Positions 28,625 to 39,329 of a DNA stretch of 59,068 bases are shown here, piece after piece. Numbering within the stretch: the first letter of the stretch is position 1; each line of letters begins with the position of its first letter. Both the position numbers and the translations under genes were made by a program. Origin of the DNA: a virus (Duplodnaviria > Caudoviricetes); IMG/VR virus record IMGVR_UViG_3300021168_000032, positions 1 through 59,068 of that record; one strand, written 5' to 3'. The notes under the pieces were generated by a model that saw only the letters and a list, made by a program, of their open reading frames with translations, searched no databases and was not told the DNA's origin.

Positions 28625-29177
28625 TCTCCAGCTTCAGTTTAATAATATTATCAGCATTTTTTCTTAATTCCTCAACTCTCTTCTGCATATCAACTTGTAC
28701 ATTAATGGGAGTCCATTGAGCCCACCATTGGACGTCCCATGGAACCTCTAGGCAGTATTCCCAAATCCATCTTGCACAACTCTCCAGATCCAAATCCTGA
28801 TAAGCAACCGTCCGTACCCCACTCGCACTCACAGTCCACAAATCCCTAACTCTCTGACTCCAATCATCTGGATCGACCGCAATTCCCTTCTTCATCAAAC
28901 TATGCAGACAGTCCATCGGTTCGCGCTGCACAACCAAAAGCTTAGCCTTTGGCAGCCCATTACGAATTACTGGATAAGCGAAAGCCGCTCCTGTTTCCAC
29001 AGTTCCATCCAGCCCACTCTCGAAGAGTGACAAGCACTCTTCGAGAGTCGAGCATCGACTGAACGCATCGTGTCCGACCGACTTCACCCGGCTCCCATCC
29101 TTTATGTAGGATAGCCAGTGGCTAAGCCACGCAGTTCTACTACGCGGCAAGGCGAAGATGATGAAAGGCTCATTCAT
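28608..29177 (-). CDS. sulfotransferase-like P-loop protein
   Basis: FIIFALPRSRTAWLS (cf. PRSGT.WL), VVQREP.D...SL, VAYQDL. Confidence 0.55.
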   Translation of the reverse strand: MNEPFIIFALPRSRTAWLSHWLSYIKDGSRVKSVGHDAFSRCSTLEECLSLFESGLDGTVETGAAFAYPVIRNGLPKAKLLVVQREPMDCLHSLMKKGIAVDPDDWSQRVRDLWTVSASGVRTVAYQDLDLESCARWIWEYCLEVPWDVQWWAQWTPINVQVDMQKRVEELRKNADNIIKLKLEIANAG

Positions 29178-29644
29178 TAAAAGCCTCCTGGAAACCAAAT
29201 GGCCGAGGGAGTCGGTCCGTACCAGATCACGTTTATGTGATCGCCCTCCACCATCAAGATCTGCCCGCCCAGCATAGACGCCTTATAATAATTTATCCCA
29301 TCTCTAGAGTAGTCCACTTCACCCCCTGACAGCGCCATAAACCCGTTCTCCGTGGACCTAAAGGTCCACGGAGAACTAACCAGCGTTTGAACAACAGGAG
29401 GCGACTTCGTAACTGGTCCGCCGCTGATTGGTGTTCCATTGCTCGGCCCAGGTCCAGAAATAACTGGCCCATTTGGTGTTTCAATAACCACATAAGAATT
29501 ATTAATAGTTGTTGCACCGCCACCTGTCTTTGCCCACAGCGCCTGGAAAAAATATTGCCACGCAGGCGTGAGCTGTCCGAAGCCATCCACAATCTGGAAG
29601 TCTTTCGGGTAAGCCGACGAAAACTGATAGGGATTAACGCCCAT
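29177..29644 (-). CDS. virion tail protein
   Basis: IVD..GQLTPAWQYFF..LW..TGG; directly follows gp10-like gene. Confidence 0.6.
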   Translation of the reverse strand: MGVNPYQFSSAYPKDFQIVDGFGQLTPAWQYFFQALWAKTGGGATTINNSYVVIETPNGPVISGPGPSNGTPISGGPVTKSPPVVQTLVSSPWTFRSTENGFMALSGGEVDYSRDGINYYKASMLGGQILMVEGDHINVIWYGPTPSAIWFPGGF

Positions 29645-31209
29645 TAGCTGTCCAGAATTTCTGCATCTACCCACGCTCCATTCAATGCAGTTTCGCCGGC
29701 AGCGGAGAAACTCAGTTCAAAGATCCGATCTCTCGCCATTCCAAGCCCCCTCCAAGTCGGCCAGGTGTCATACTTCCCTTGTGGGCCATACGGCTGTAAA
29801 ATCCCATTCTTCCACGTATTCCCTCGATCATCACTCCATCTCAGCGTAATCATCGGGTTTCCATCCGCATCCAGCGGCACATGCCCCGCATCAATATCAG
29901 CGTACACAAAATTGAATTTAACTCTTCTCCCATCCGTCAATCCCTCTTGCATCTGTCCCTGTGCTCTTGCCTTCCCAATGTGATGAAAAGTCCTAATCCA
30001 GCTGATCGGTCCCGGAGTATGTCCAGGCGGATATCCGGGTGCAAGCGATTTAGTCTCAGCCGCATCATCATAATAATAGTTCGGATTGAGAAAATATAAA
30101 CTCCCATTCTGCCAATCCCCGCAAACAAACAATCCATTCTGATTACCCCACACCGCATTCTGCATAAAAGCTCCACAATAAGCCCTAGACTTATGCAGAG
30201 AACCTTGATAGTCTGTCCAAGCCCACTGATGCCACGCATCGTTCGGATCAGTGATCGCAGCGTCATAAACCCATGTCTGATCACCCGTCGGGAACGTCAG
30301 CACATAAAAAATATGTCCGTCAACCTGCGCCGTAAATCCTACCGCATCCTGCACAGTTCCATTTGCAGCCATCTGTCTAATCTGATACTCCAACGCATGG
30401 TTAGAAATTCTCCTAGTCTCGTACCCCCTCTGCATCATCACCACGCCCTGCCCCTGCTCATTCCCCGCTAACCAGTAAACCTCAATATTTTGGAATGCCG
30501 CCGAATGCGGAGCAAGTATCCCCTGTTGAATATAGATGCCCGGCAACAGCGCAAACGGAAACTGAGCGCCTCCTGTATTATACCAAATCTCACTCCTCTT
30601 CGCTCCCAGCAGTATAATCTCCCTCTTATTCACAATCAACCTTAAGAGCCGGTCTTGAAAAGCAGCCTTTGCAGCAAAATAGAGTGGATCAAACGTGACA
30701 CTCCCAGCCAACGTAGATCCAAAGAAATTAGAGTTCAGCCATCCCCAAACAATAAACGTGTCCAGCGTATCTACGCTCGTCGCGCCTGTAAAAGTCCCCG
30801 TCGTATCATTAATTACCGAAAACACGTTCCCCACCAGCTGAATAAAATACCCATTACTTGTCCCATCCGTCAGCATACAAACCACACCATTGTCCGTCAT
30901 ACTTACCGGCCCAGACAGGGAACCAATCGTCCCAATGGCAGTCAAATTTAGTGCATTATCCAAATAATAAACTGTCCCGCCAATAACCACATACGCCCCA
31001 TTATAGTCCGATCTACTCCAAATCCCTCGCACCTGTGTCAGATTGGCCGGATCATGCGTAATAAACTGCAGTCCCGGCCTCTGGTAATGGGTCATCGGGA
31101 CAATAGCAAACTCCCTCGGGTTAACCTCCGGGTAAAGATTAATCGCCCTTGTGCAGCTCGCAATATTAGAGCGAGCAGAATATGCTCCGCCAAGAAGAGC
31201 CAGCCTCAT
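29644..31209 (-). CDS. packaged-DNA stabilisation / tail hub protein (P22 gp10-like)
   Basis: INLYPE, RPGL, SEIWYNTG, H.FYVLTFP...TWVYD, LRWSDD.G.TW, LGMARDRIFE. Confidence 0.85.
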   Translation of the reverse strand: MRLALLGGAYSARSNIASCTRAINLYPEVNPREFAIVPMTHYQRPGLQFITHDPANLTQVRGIWSRSDYNGAYVVIGGTVYYLDNALNLTAIGTIGSLSGPVSMTDNGVVCMLTDGTSNGYFIQLVGNVFSVINDTTGTFTGATSVDTLDTFIVWGWLNSNFFGSTLAGSVTFDPLYFAAKAAFQDRLLRLIVNKREIILLGAKRSEIWYNTGGAQFPFALLPGIYIQQGILAPHSAAFQNIEVYWLAGNEQGQGVVMMQRGYETRRISNHALEYQIRQMAANGTVQDAVGFTAQVDGHIFYVLTFPTGDQTWVYDAAITDPNDAWHQWAWTDYQGSLHKSRAYCGAFMQNAVWGNQNGLFVCGDWQNGSLYFLNPNYYYDDAAETKSLAPGYPPGHTPGPISWIRTFHHIGKARAQGQMQEGLTDGRRVKFNFVYADIDAGHVPLDADGNPMITLRWSDDRGNTWKNGILQPYGPQGKYDTWPTWRGLGMARDRIFELSFSAAGETALNGAWVDAEILDS

Positions 31210-31303
31210 AGGCTTGTCCTTTCGCTTCGCGAAAGTCCAAGCTCATATAATACCAGTCTCACTCACCTCTCCTGTAAATTGAAAATCTCCTAAAATAAAA
31301 ATT

Positions 31304-32911
31304 TTACCTGGCCCTTCTCGCTCCAATATAACCCATACCCGCAGACGTTCCTCCACCAGTAAGCTGCACTACTAAGAAAACACTCTTGGACGCATTCGTA
31401 TTGATCCTACACCTTCCAGCCGGCAGATAAAATCCTCCTGACTGCATCCCACCCTGTGTCTGCATCATCGACGCCACTCCAGCCAGCACATTAGCCGTAG
31501 TTGGCAGTGCAGCACTCGTCTGACTTATCCCCACCATCACCTGAGACGGCCCATTCTGCGCAGTAAAATAGACTGTTCCGAACACGTCCCAATCACCCGC
31601 CGTCAACACCAGCGTAGCAATATTGACCGGCACCGTCTGCCCTATACCAACTCCGACGGTCGTCGAGGTAAACAGGACTTCCCCTATGCAACCAGGCGGT
31701 GCATTATCCTGTGCAACTGTCCCCAACAGATTAAGCACGCCTCCCATGGTGACGCCGCCAGCCTGCGGCACCTTCGTATCCGAATACTGCTTAGTCGTGG
31801 CCCCGAGGGCCACGACAGGGTCGCCAGACAGTACCAGCAGTCCGGACATAGTATCGCCAGACTTCGCTACCCTATTAGCATCTGACGGATGCACATGGTC
31901 TGCCCTAGCCCAGGTAGTCCCCGTCCCAACAGCCGCCGTCCCCGCCATGAGCGGAACAACAGTGGAAGGCCCAGGCACAGAGCTATCCACATACTGCTTA
32001 GTGGAGGCCCCGAACGGCACCGAGGGATTAGTATTCAGTACAAGTGCCCCCGACATCGTCCCACCAGACAGTGACAGCTTGGTCGGATCAGACGGGTGCT
32101 GATGGTCCCCTCTCGAATAAACAGCCGATACACCTGCCGATCCCGCTCCATCCGGCGCAGGCACCGTATTCGATCCAGCCGGCACAACCGGAGCTGGCAC
32201 AAAGATGAAACCATCAGTGCCCAGAGTAGCCGTATTACCAGCATTTCCACTCACAGTACCTGGGCCTGCAGGGCCTACAGGTCCTGCCGGTCCTTGCGGT
32301 CCTGCTGTCCCTGTATTACCGGTCGGCCCTGGCAGTCCCTGCGCACCTTGCTGGCCCATTGGGCCTGCCGGTCCTTGCGGTCCTGTCAATCCAGTATTAC
32401 CTGCTGGTCCCTGTTGCCCAGCCGGGCCTTGCCCACCTTGCAACCCTTGAGGTCCAGCCTCACCAGGCACACCTTGCGGACCAGCTGGTCCAACCGCACC
32501 ATCTTGTCCAGCCGGTCCCACTCCTCCAGCTGGTCCGCTAGGACCAGCCGGACCTTGCGGTCCTGTCGGACCTGCAGGTCCAATTGTCCCAGGTGCTCCC
32601 GACGCACCCTGCAACCCATCCGCTCCAGGCAGTCCTGGATCACCCTTCGACCCAGCTGGTCCTGCCGGTCCCGTATTTCCAGGAGGTCCACTTGGCCCAA
32701 CAGGGCCTTGTGGCCCTGGAGGACCGACGCCTCCCTGATCCGCACCCAGCACAACCCAGTCGGCATCTTGCATTCCATAGACCTGCCCATCCGCAGGTGC
32801 AATCAGCGGATGACTATCAGCCTCCGCAGCCAGCTGTTGCAAATCAAGCCCAGTCGGCATGACTGGTCCGGTCGAGACATTAAAACTCGGATACTTCCCA
32901 GTCACCGCCAT
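31304..32911 (-). CDS. collagen-like (Gly-X-Y) tail fibre
   Basis: About 50 GXY triplets, R.DH.HP repeats, GGTMSG.L.L repeats, C-terminal LTAGDWDV...ARR.R. Confidence 0.85.
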   Translation of the reverse strand: MAVTGKYPSFNVSTGPVMPTGLDLQQLAAEADSHPLIAPADGQVYGMQDADWVVLGADQGGVGPPGPQGPVGPSGPPGNTGPAGPAGSKGDPGLPGADGLQGASGAPGTIGPAGPTGPQGPAGPSGPAGGVGPAGQDGAVGPAGPQGVPGEAGPQGLQGGQGPAGQQGPAGNTGLTGPQGPAGPMGQQGAQGLPGPTGNTGTAGPQGPAGPVGPAGPGTVSGNAGNTATLGTDGFIFVPAPVVPAGSNTVPAPDGAGSAGVSAVYSRGDHQHPSDPTKLSLSGGTMSGALVLNTNPSVPFGASTKQYVDSSVPGPSTVVPLMAGTAAVGTGTTWARADHVHPSDANRVAKSGDTMSGLLVLSGDPVVALGATTKQYSDTKVPQAGGVTMGGVLNLLGTVAQDNAPPGCIGEVLFTSTTVGVGIGQTVPVNIATLVLTAGDWDVFGTVYFTAQNGPSQVMVGISQTSAALPTTANVLAGVASMMQTQGGMQSGGFYLPAGRCRINTNASKSVFLVVQLTGGGTSAGMGYIGARRAR

Positions 32912-32921
32912 CCCACTCTCC

Positions 32922-33908
32922 TCAAGCCAAGATCCTGACACTCGCCTTCCGCGTAACAGTCACAGTCGGCGTATAAATAATAACAATCAAACCCTGTCCT
33001 CCAACTCCACCAGTCTGACCGCCAGCTGAGTTGGGCCAGCCCATACCGCCACCACCACCCCCATACAGTCCCCCTGCACCACCACTATTCCCAGCAGAAG
33101 ATTGCGATCCTCCACCTCCACCGCCACCTCCCGGTCCATGCGAAGCATCCCAGGTACTTTCAACTCCCACACCTCCCGCACCAGCCAGCGTAACAGTAGT
33201 CGTTCCAGTCCCACCTCCACCACCCCCTGAGCCATGCGCTCCTGCTTGCCCAGTAGTCGTAGCAGTTCCAGCAGCACCACCTGCCGTTCCATCTCCAGCG
33301 GCTCCACCTGGGCCACCAGTCGTCGAAACAGAACTCGAAGCATTTCCACCTACACCCCCAGCTCCTCCAGTATTTCCAGCGCCTCCACCTCCACCACCCG
33401 CAAACGCAGCAGTAGTCGAACTTCCCGTCCCACCAGCACCGCCTACACCTCCTGGACCAGCCGCACCTCCACCACCCGCCCCGCCATCATGATTACCCCC
33501 AAAACCTGAGCCAAAACCACCCTGCCGAACAACCACATTACCTATATCATTAGTCGTCGCCGTCGTCGCATTACTCACCGTATCAGTTCCATGCGCTCCA
33601 CCAACTGCACCACACAGCGAAGTAGCCAGACTTGTTCCACCAAACCAAGTCGCTCCTCCTGACGTCGCCGCAGCTGGCGTCGTCCCAGGAGTACCTCCAG
33701 CCCCAATCGCCATATTAATAACTGCTCCACGTGTCAGCGTCAAATTAGCTGACTTGGCATAATGCCCACCCTCTCCACCAGTTCCCACATTACTGCTTGT
33801 ACTCGTCCCCGCTCCACCACCACCAATGCACTCAACCGAATTAGCTGCATTATTCCAATCAGACGGAACAGTCCAAGTTGTCCCAGATGTAAGAAAAATA
33901 GTTGTCAT
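32922..33908 (-). CDS. glycine-rich virion protein
   Basis: [20 protein letters not shown], long GGxGG arrays, G.QGLIVI.Y. Confidence 0.8.
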   Translation of the reverse strand: MTTIFLTSGTTWTVPSDWNNAANSVECIGGGGAGTSTSSNVGTGGEGGHYAKSANLTLTRGAVINMAIGAGGTPGTTPAAATSGGATWFGGTSLATSLCGAVGGAHGTDTVSNATTATTNDIGNVVVRQGGFGSGFGGNHDGGAGGGGAAGPGGVGGAGGTGSSTTAAFAGGGGGGAGNTGGAGGVGGNASSSVSTTGGPGGAAGDGTAGGAAGTATTTGQAGAHGSGGGGGGTGTTTVTLAGAGGVGVESTWDASHGPGGGGGGGGSQSSAGNSGGAGGLYGGGGGGMGWPNSAGGQTGGVGGQGLIVIIYTPTVTVTRKASVRILA

Positions 33909-33963
33909 GGGATGTTGTCTTTCAAAGAAAGACAACATCCCATAAGCAGTATTAGAATATATT

Positions 33964-34899
33964 TCATACTCTCATCGCCAAAATAGTAATCCCTATATCA
34001 GCCAATGTGCTGTCACTCGTCGACGGAGCGACGAGTGACAGCACATCCCCAATAGCCAAACTCCCACCTGCACCTGCAAGCGTAGCAGATGTATGCGACC
34101 CATTTGTAATTGTCACAGTCCCCAACGCAGTAGTAGTTCCACCAGAAATTTTGTTCAACGTAAACACGGCACTCGCCGTTGCCAGCGTAGCATCATAAAC
34201 GACCGTTCCAGCCAACGCAGCCGGTATGGTCAAAGCCATCGCTGACGGAGCATTAACCATCGCCCCATTCGCTGGTACGCCCGGAAACGCAAAACTAATC
34301 GGAACCTTCTGCACCTCAGCTGGCAACTGAGCATAAGTTATACTTCCTGTTATCGCATTCGCTAGCACAAAAGCAGTCGTCGCAATATTATTCGAATTAT
34401 CTGCCAACGCCGGTGTCGGCGCAGTCGGCGTCCCCGTCAGCACCGGCGAGTTGAGCGGGGCGTAATTCATATTAGCTGCCCCAGTCACCAGCCCCTTAGC
34501 ATTAACACTAATACCCTGGAATGTCCCAACATTTGCATTCACATTGGCCAGGGTCGTCGACACAGTCGTCGACCCTGTCCCTACCACATCTCCTGTCAGC
34601 GTAATTGGCTGATTACCAGTCAAGAACGAAGCAGTTGCTGTATTCCAGTCTGAAATATCATTATGGTTAAGCGTTACAACTCCCGTCTTCCCAGCCACAC
34701 TCGAAACCGAGGCCGTCGTAGGCAGCACAACCCAAGCCGCACTCTGCCTTACATAATAATTCCCGTTATTCGGAGCATCCGGAAAAGTAGAAAACCCCGC
34801 ACTAATATCCGCAGCCAGCTGCTGAAGGTCTTGGCCGGTAGGCATAAGCCGGCCAAGACTAGTATTGAAGCTAGGATACTTTCCAGTCGAGAAAGTCAC
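33964..34899 (-). CDS. tail fibre-like protein
   Basis: DAP.NG..YVR, VSSVAGKTGVVTL, VNAKGLVT, APLNSP.LTGTPTAPT. Confidence 0.8.
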   Translation of the reverse strand: MTFSTGKYPSFNTSLGRLMPTGQDLQQLAADISAGFSTFPDAPNNGNYYVRQSAAWVVLPTTASVSSVAGKTGVVTLNHNDISDWNTATASFLTGNQPITLTGDVVGTGSTTVSTTLANVNANVGTFQGISVNAKGLVTGAANMNYAPLNSPVLTGTPTAPTPALADNSNNIATTAFVLANAITGSITYAQLPAEVQKVPISFAFPGVPANGAMVNAPSAMALTIPAALAGTVVYDATLATASAVFTLNKISGGTTTALGTVTITNGSHTSATLAGAGGSLAIGDVLSLVAPSTSDSTLADIGITILAMRV

Positions 34900-34910
34900 T
34901 TGCTTGCTCC

Positions 34911-35360
34911 TCAGGCAAAGTCAGCAATCTGCTTCCATTTACCTAGCGTCATACAAATAAACCCAGTCATATGCCCTGCTGCCAGCGAAACAGCCACCGT
35001 CCCTGCATTGGCAGCAGTCACCCCGTGTGGGACAATAACGTCCGTGGCCCCCGTATTGGGATTACTCTGCAAATTAAAGATATTCATACTTGCAGCGCCA
35101 CCATTATACACCCAACAGAGTGCATTCATAATAGCCGGTGGCAGCACAACAGAATCCGCCGCCGTTGCACAGACATCCACCTCATTGAACCCCAGGACGA
35201 GTGGAGTCGCCAAAGCAACTCCACCGCCCGCATGAGCCACAACACCATTCACGCAGCCCAGCACCATGTTGAAGAACTTCGACAGCTCTGTCGAATCGAT
35301 CAACCCAGAACCTCTCCCCGTTTGGAGAGAGGGCAGATACGCCAAATGTGATCCAGGCAT
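34911..35360 (-). CDS. putative capsid decoration protein
   Basis: AHAGGG..ATPL..G.NEVD..AT..DSVVLPPA; paralog of 35432-35818. Confidence 0.6.
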   Translation of the reverse strand: MPGSHLAYLPSLQTGRGSGLIDSTELSKFFNMVLGCVNGVVAHAGGGVALATPLVLGFNEVDVCATAADSVVLPPAIMNALCWVYNGGAASMNIFNLQSNPNTGATDVIVPHGVTAANAGTVAVSLAAGHMTGFICMTLGKWKQIADFA

Positions 35361-35431
35361 CTCAGTCTCCTTGAAGCCTTTCAGGCTTCAAGGAGCCTGA
35401 AAAGCAGTTAACGGTCATACAATTTCTCCTC

Positions 35432-35818
35432 TTAGGAGAAGTCGCCGACCTGCTTCCAGATGCCCTGCGTAGTGCAAATGAACAGGCTCGCATGCCCATT
35501 CAGCAGACTCAGCCCAGTCGCACCTGCCACCAGCGCAACCGATCCATGCAGAACAAACTGGTCCAGGATATTATTATTGAACGGATTAGCCTGGGCCACA
35601 ATCTTCCCAGACAGTCCAGCTGCCGTATTCTGCATGTTGACCCAGACGCTCGACCCCATGACCGCCGGAGGCATGACAACGGAGTCGCCCGTCGTAACCA
35701 CGGTATCAATCTCATTCATCCCGGTGCTCAACAGCGGCGTTGCCGCTGTTAGAGCACCACCCGCCAGCGCCGTAATATTGTTGGTGACGGGGTTATTTGG
35801 AAGTGTATAGACAGACAT
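35432..35818 (-). CDS. putative capsid decoration protein
   Basis: ALAGG...ATPL..GMNEID...TGDSVVMPPA...WKQ..DF. Confidence 0.6.
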   Translation of the reverse strand: MSVYTLPNNPVTNNITALAGGALTAATPLLSTGMNEIDTVVTTGDSVVMPPAVMGSSVWVNMQNTAAGLSGKIVAQANPFNNNILDQFVLHGSVALVAGATGLSLLNGHASLFICTTQGIWKQVGDFS

Positions 35819-35831
35819 CTCTCATCCTCTC

Positions 35832-36683
35832 TCAGTAAGATCTATCCGAGAATATATTATATATTCCCGGCCTACTCAACTCCTGCGGCAGACTCAACTG
35901 AGCAATCTGCACAGAAGTATTCTTTATGGCCGCTCTCGCACCCTTTGCAAGATCAGGCAGCGTATCCCCCGGAAATGTCCTCATCCCATAGTGCGGTCTC
36001 AGCCGCATCGCCAAATTCGTATAAAACGCATTAAAGTAAATAAACGGCAGCTCAATCAGATCCTGAGCAGTCACAAACTGAAGTGGAAGCTGATCCCTAA
36101 TAACCACACCAACACCATAAATAGAATTAGTAGGCAGAGGATACAGAAAAATCCTACCAAGTGGCCATGCCGGATCATAATAGTACGCTCCCGGAAAGCT
36201 TACCATCCCTTTCAGCGCAATCCTCGCATAGTCCTGCATGCTATCCAGCGCGTACAGCGGATAATCAATCGGCAACCCACCTGACTGTCCAGGCTGTCTC
36301 AAGAAGACTGCCTTAATTCGTCTCGGCGCAACCGATGTAGATTGAGTCGGACTAACCAGCGTATTGTTCGGTCCAGTCTCAAACCCTCCCAACACCCCAG
36401 CTCCTGGTCCAATCGGAAAATAAAACACCGGAGCTTCCGCAGTCCCTTGATCCAGATCAACCGGTAACAGAGCCCTATCCACTGCCTGCACTGTTATGGT
36501 CCGCGTCCTCCAGACCATAAACGTATCTTCGCCCCACTCCTGCAACATCCATTGCAAACGAGCCCAAGCGTCCGCAATCTCCTCCCCAGTAGGACTCTGC
36601 CCCTGACCAAGCGCACCACACTCCTTCAGTGCAGCATTGCAAATATCATTGACAGAAGTCGCTAACGGGGTGAGCTGAGACAT
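35832..36683 (-). CDS. head-to-tail adaptor (P22 gp4-like)
   Basis: DIC.AALKE.G.LG.GQ.P..EE..DA...L..ML.EW; NLA.RL.P.YG. Confidence 0.75.
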   Translation of the reverse strand: MSQLTPLATSVNDICNAALKECGALGQGQSPTGEEIADAWARLQWMLQEWGEDTFMVWRTRTITVQAVDRALLPVDLDQGTAEAPVFYFPIGPGAGVLGGFETGPNNTLVSPTQSTSVAPRRIKAVFLRQPGQSGGLPIDYPLYALDSMQDYARIALKGMVSFPGAYYYDPAWPLGRIFLYPLPTNSIYGVGVVIRDQLPLQFVTAQDLIELPFIYFNAFYTNLAMRLRPHYGMRTFPGDTLPDLAKGARAAIKNTSVQIAQLSLPQELSRPGIYNIFSDRSY

Positions 36684-37190
36684 TTACGCAGCCTTTCCAG
36701 GAGTAGGAGCCGGCTTGGAGTCAGGCACCACCTTGCCCTTCATCTCCTCAATCTGCTTCCTCAAAGCAGCAATTTCTTCCGTTTGCAGCTCATGTGTGGT
36801 CTTTGGCGGTGCCTTGATATGAGTCTCCGGATTGGCTCTCAGCGCCTGCGCCTCAGTAAAATGCCAGCCCTGCGCAATCAGCTCAGCTTCCTGAGCCTCC
36901 GTCTCCACAATGATATTCCGCACTCCCCACACCGCACCCGCATACTTAGGCTTCCCGGTCTCATCAAAGACTGGTCTATTGTCCCGATCCGTGACCAGGA
37001 TACCCTGCGAAATAAGCTGCAGTTCCCCCTTAGGATGATAGAGCATTTTCGGATACTCTACCGGCCCCTCATAAATAGAGAGCCCATCATTGCTGACTGC
37101 CTGGACATTGGCCTTATTCGCCTCAAACAGTCCTCGATCCTCCATCGAATGATAGATAGAGTACACTTTATTCATCCGGTTACGAGCCAT
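36684..37190 (-). CDS. hypothetical virion-module protein
   Basis: GGAGG RBS inside hairpin; EYPKMLYH. Confidence 0.7.
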   Translation of the reverse strand: MARNRMNKVYSIYHSMEDRGLFEANKANVQAVSNDGLSIYEGPVEYPKMLYHPKGELQLISQGILVTDRDNRPVFDETGKPKYAGAVWGVRNIIVETEAQEAELIAQGWHFTEAQALRANPETHIKAPPKTTHELQTEEIAALRKQIEEMKGKVVPDSKPAPTPGKAA

Positions 37191-37247
37191 TGTCGCCTCC
37201 TTCGGAGGCGACAAGGCACGTAACCAAGCCGCCTCTCAGATTGGTAT

Positions 37248-37430
37248 TCACTTCTTGTGCCTTTCAGCTTTAGTCATCTCCCCACGCTTCACGCCCTTCG
37301 CAGTGGGTTTATTAGTTCCCTTCTTCAGCTCCCCAGCTTTCTGCAACGTACTGGTCGCCACAGCCCAGGGATTAACCCCTGGGCTTGTCTTCTTGATCGC
37401 CTTAACAGCGTCCTCCAAGATCTTCGGCAC
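37248..37430 (-). CDS. small basic phage protein
   Basis: MPKILE.AV....AVAT.TLQKAG.LK.GT. Confidence 0.65.
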   Translation of the reverse strand: MPKILEDAVKAIKKTSPGVNPWAVATSTLQKAGELKKGTNKPTAKGVKRGEMTKAERHKK

Positions 37431-38002
37431 TACACCCTCCCCTTAGGGGAGGGTGTAGGAGTGGCAGGCTTCTTAACCTCCACGGACCTCTGTACACTTA
37501 CCGTCGCCGTAGTCGTAGTCTTCGTTTCCGGCTGTTTCACAGGAGGAGCTGCCGGAGCCTTCGGGATAGGCTGCGGCATCTGCTGCTCAGCTCGTAAAGG
37601 AATAGCGACCCCATTCGACACAGAGAACGCTGATCCAGCTACATTGACCGCCTCCAGCTTACAGTCAATGGTATGCCCTGCATCCGCTGGAGCAATACTA
37701 TATTCATTGGAGTCTGTCCCAATATTCGTATTCACATCCCTTCTAAACTGATAATGATAGGTCTGCGGCTCACCTGTCCATTCACCCATCGTACAGTTTA
37801 GCATACTCCCAGACTGACTCAGATAAGGAGCATGCTTTACAACCGGAGCCATCGCTGGCTTATCCGGTCCCATCGGCTCCATACTCGGATGCTCCTTAAA
37901 CCCATTCTTCTTCGCCTCAGCCCTCTCCTCCACATCATACACAATGCACTGTCTAGGCCCATCATAGAGCATCATCGGATATTTCGCACCGACTTCCGGC
38001 AT
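37430..38002 (-). CDS. putative virion protein with Ig-like domain
   Basis: GAGGAGGA RBS; LNCTMGEW.G.P.TY.YQF...Y.I..AD.GHTI.C...A.N.AGS. Confidence 0.65.
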   Translation of the reverse strand: MPEVGAKYPMMLYDGPRQCIVYDVEERAEAKKNGFKEHPSMEPMGPDKPAMAPVVKHAPYLSQSGSMLNCTMGEWTGEPQTYHYQFRRDVNTNIGTDSNEYSIAPADAGHTIDCKLEAVNVAGSAFSVSNGVAIPLRAEQQMPQPIPKAPAAPPVKQPETKTTTTATVSVQRSVEVKKPATPTPSPKGRV

Positions 38003-38105
38003 GTCCTCCTCCTCTACTGACTCGGGAGGCCAGAATTGGCCTCCCATCTCTTCCAGCATCTCAAACCAGAGGCTCTGCTGTGCAGAGCCTCTCTTTGTTG
38101 GTGGC

Positions 38106-39329
38106 TTATATGACATCCGCCACAACCACGGCCCATTCCGGCCTGATCCACAGATACCCATACAGCACATCCAACCGAGTAATCAGCTGATCAGTCCCGA
38201 TAAAGTAATCCGTGATCATCCTCATGGAAACCCCGTCAAACTGCTCACGCGCAACCGCATGAACACCCTCTGGAGTCTCCAGATCAGCCGTAGCCAGCGT
38301 CACTGCTTCCGGAGCGAACACGAAGTTCTTCCGGTAAACCGAGGATGCAGCCAGTCCATTCGTCGGGTTAACCGCAGCCCCATTAGCCGGGCTCGCAGTC
38401 ACCGTCTGATACTGGACGGGCAACCCACCAGCAGGCGGTACAACAGCCGGATACAGGAACAGCGAAGTCCCACCAACCGCAAGCGGCTGCGTGACCACAA
38501 ACTGCTCCAACTGCCCAGTGGTCTGCTTGGTGATCCTATTGACCTTGAATACACCAGCAATGGTCACAATATCGCCCACCGCCAGCGTGCTCGCAGCCGC
38601 CGTCACCGCAATCTGCAGCCCAGTTTGATTGGCCCCATTAATAGTCAGCGAACCCTGCGCCATGCTCCCACTCGTATGGGTGATGACGGTCTGGTCCTTC
38701 ATCCAGATGAAACCGAGCGCATCATACATACGCCCGGTCACATACTGCCGGCCAATCTCCGGTGCCGGGTTAAGCAGGCCAGCCAGCGTGGCAACCATCC
38801 TGGCCTCAGTCACCGGATTATTGACAACCTTCCGGTTCTCAATCGGTCCCGAGTTATTATCCAGGTTAGCGCCCGCCAACAGATAAGTTGCTGCAATGGG
38901 GCTCAGGATATTCTGACTGGCATCCTGATTAGCCACAAAGTTGCAGATACCACCCTCAGCTCCAGACATGATGTCCGAGGCTACAGACCCAGCCAGATTA
39001 TTCACCGCCGGAGCTAAAATCCTCCGCGAAAAGTCATCCAAGCTGAGGGTACGCTCCTGGGTGGTGAACGCAATATCCACATGCTTCTGCGTCGCCATTG
39101 TGAGCGTAGTATTCTGTTCCGCAGTATCCTGCACTGACAGTGCCGGACCCGTGGTAACAATATAATCATTCGGCAACCTGATCCTCAGCGTATTGCCAAT
39201 CTTAGCCCCCGCCACCGCAAAGGAGTCATCATATTGCATATCCACATTTTGCAGAAACGCATTGCTATTCTTCCAGAGTCTGACCGCCTCTCGGGTGATC
39301 AGATTAATAGTGAGCAGTGTATTAGCCAT
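38106..39329 (-). CDS. major capsid protein (P22 coat family)
   Basis: MANTLLT..ITREA, KIGNTLRIRLP, LDDFS.RIL.PA, RLDVLYG...IRPEWA. Confidence 0.93.
   Translation of the reverse strand: MANTLLTINLITREAVRLWKNSNAFLQNVDMQYDDSFAVAGAKIGNTLRIRLPNDYIVTTGPALSVQDTAEQNTTLTMATQKHVDIAFTTQERTLSLDDFSRRILAPAVNNLAGSVASDIMSGAEGGICNFVANQDASQNILSPIAATYLLAGANLDNNSGPIENRKVVNNPVTEARMVATLAGLLNPAPEIGRQYVTGRMYDALGFIWMKDQTVITHTSGSMAQGSLTINGANQTGLQIAVTAAASTLAVGDIVTIAGVFKVNRITKQTTGQLEQFVVTQPLAVGGTSLFLYPAVVPPAGGLPVQYQTVTASPANGAAVNPTNGLAASSVYRKNFVFAPEAVTLATADLETPEGVHAVAREQFDGVSMRMITDYFIGTDQLITRLDVLYGYLWIRPEWAVVVADVI

Noticed and set aside
32230-32730. GGACC/GGTCC-rich DNA repeats
   Set aside because: Simple consequence of collagen Gly-Pro-X codons
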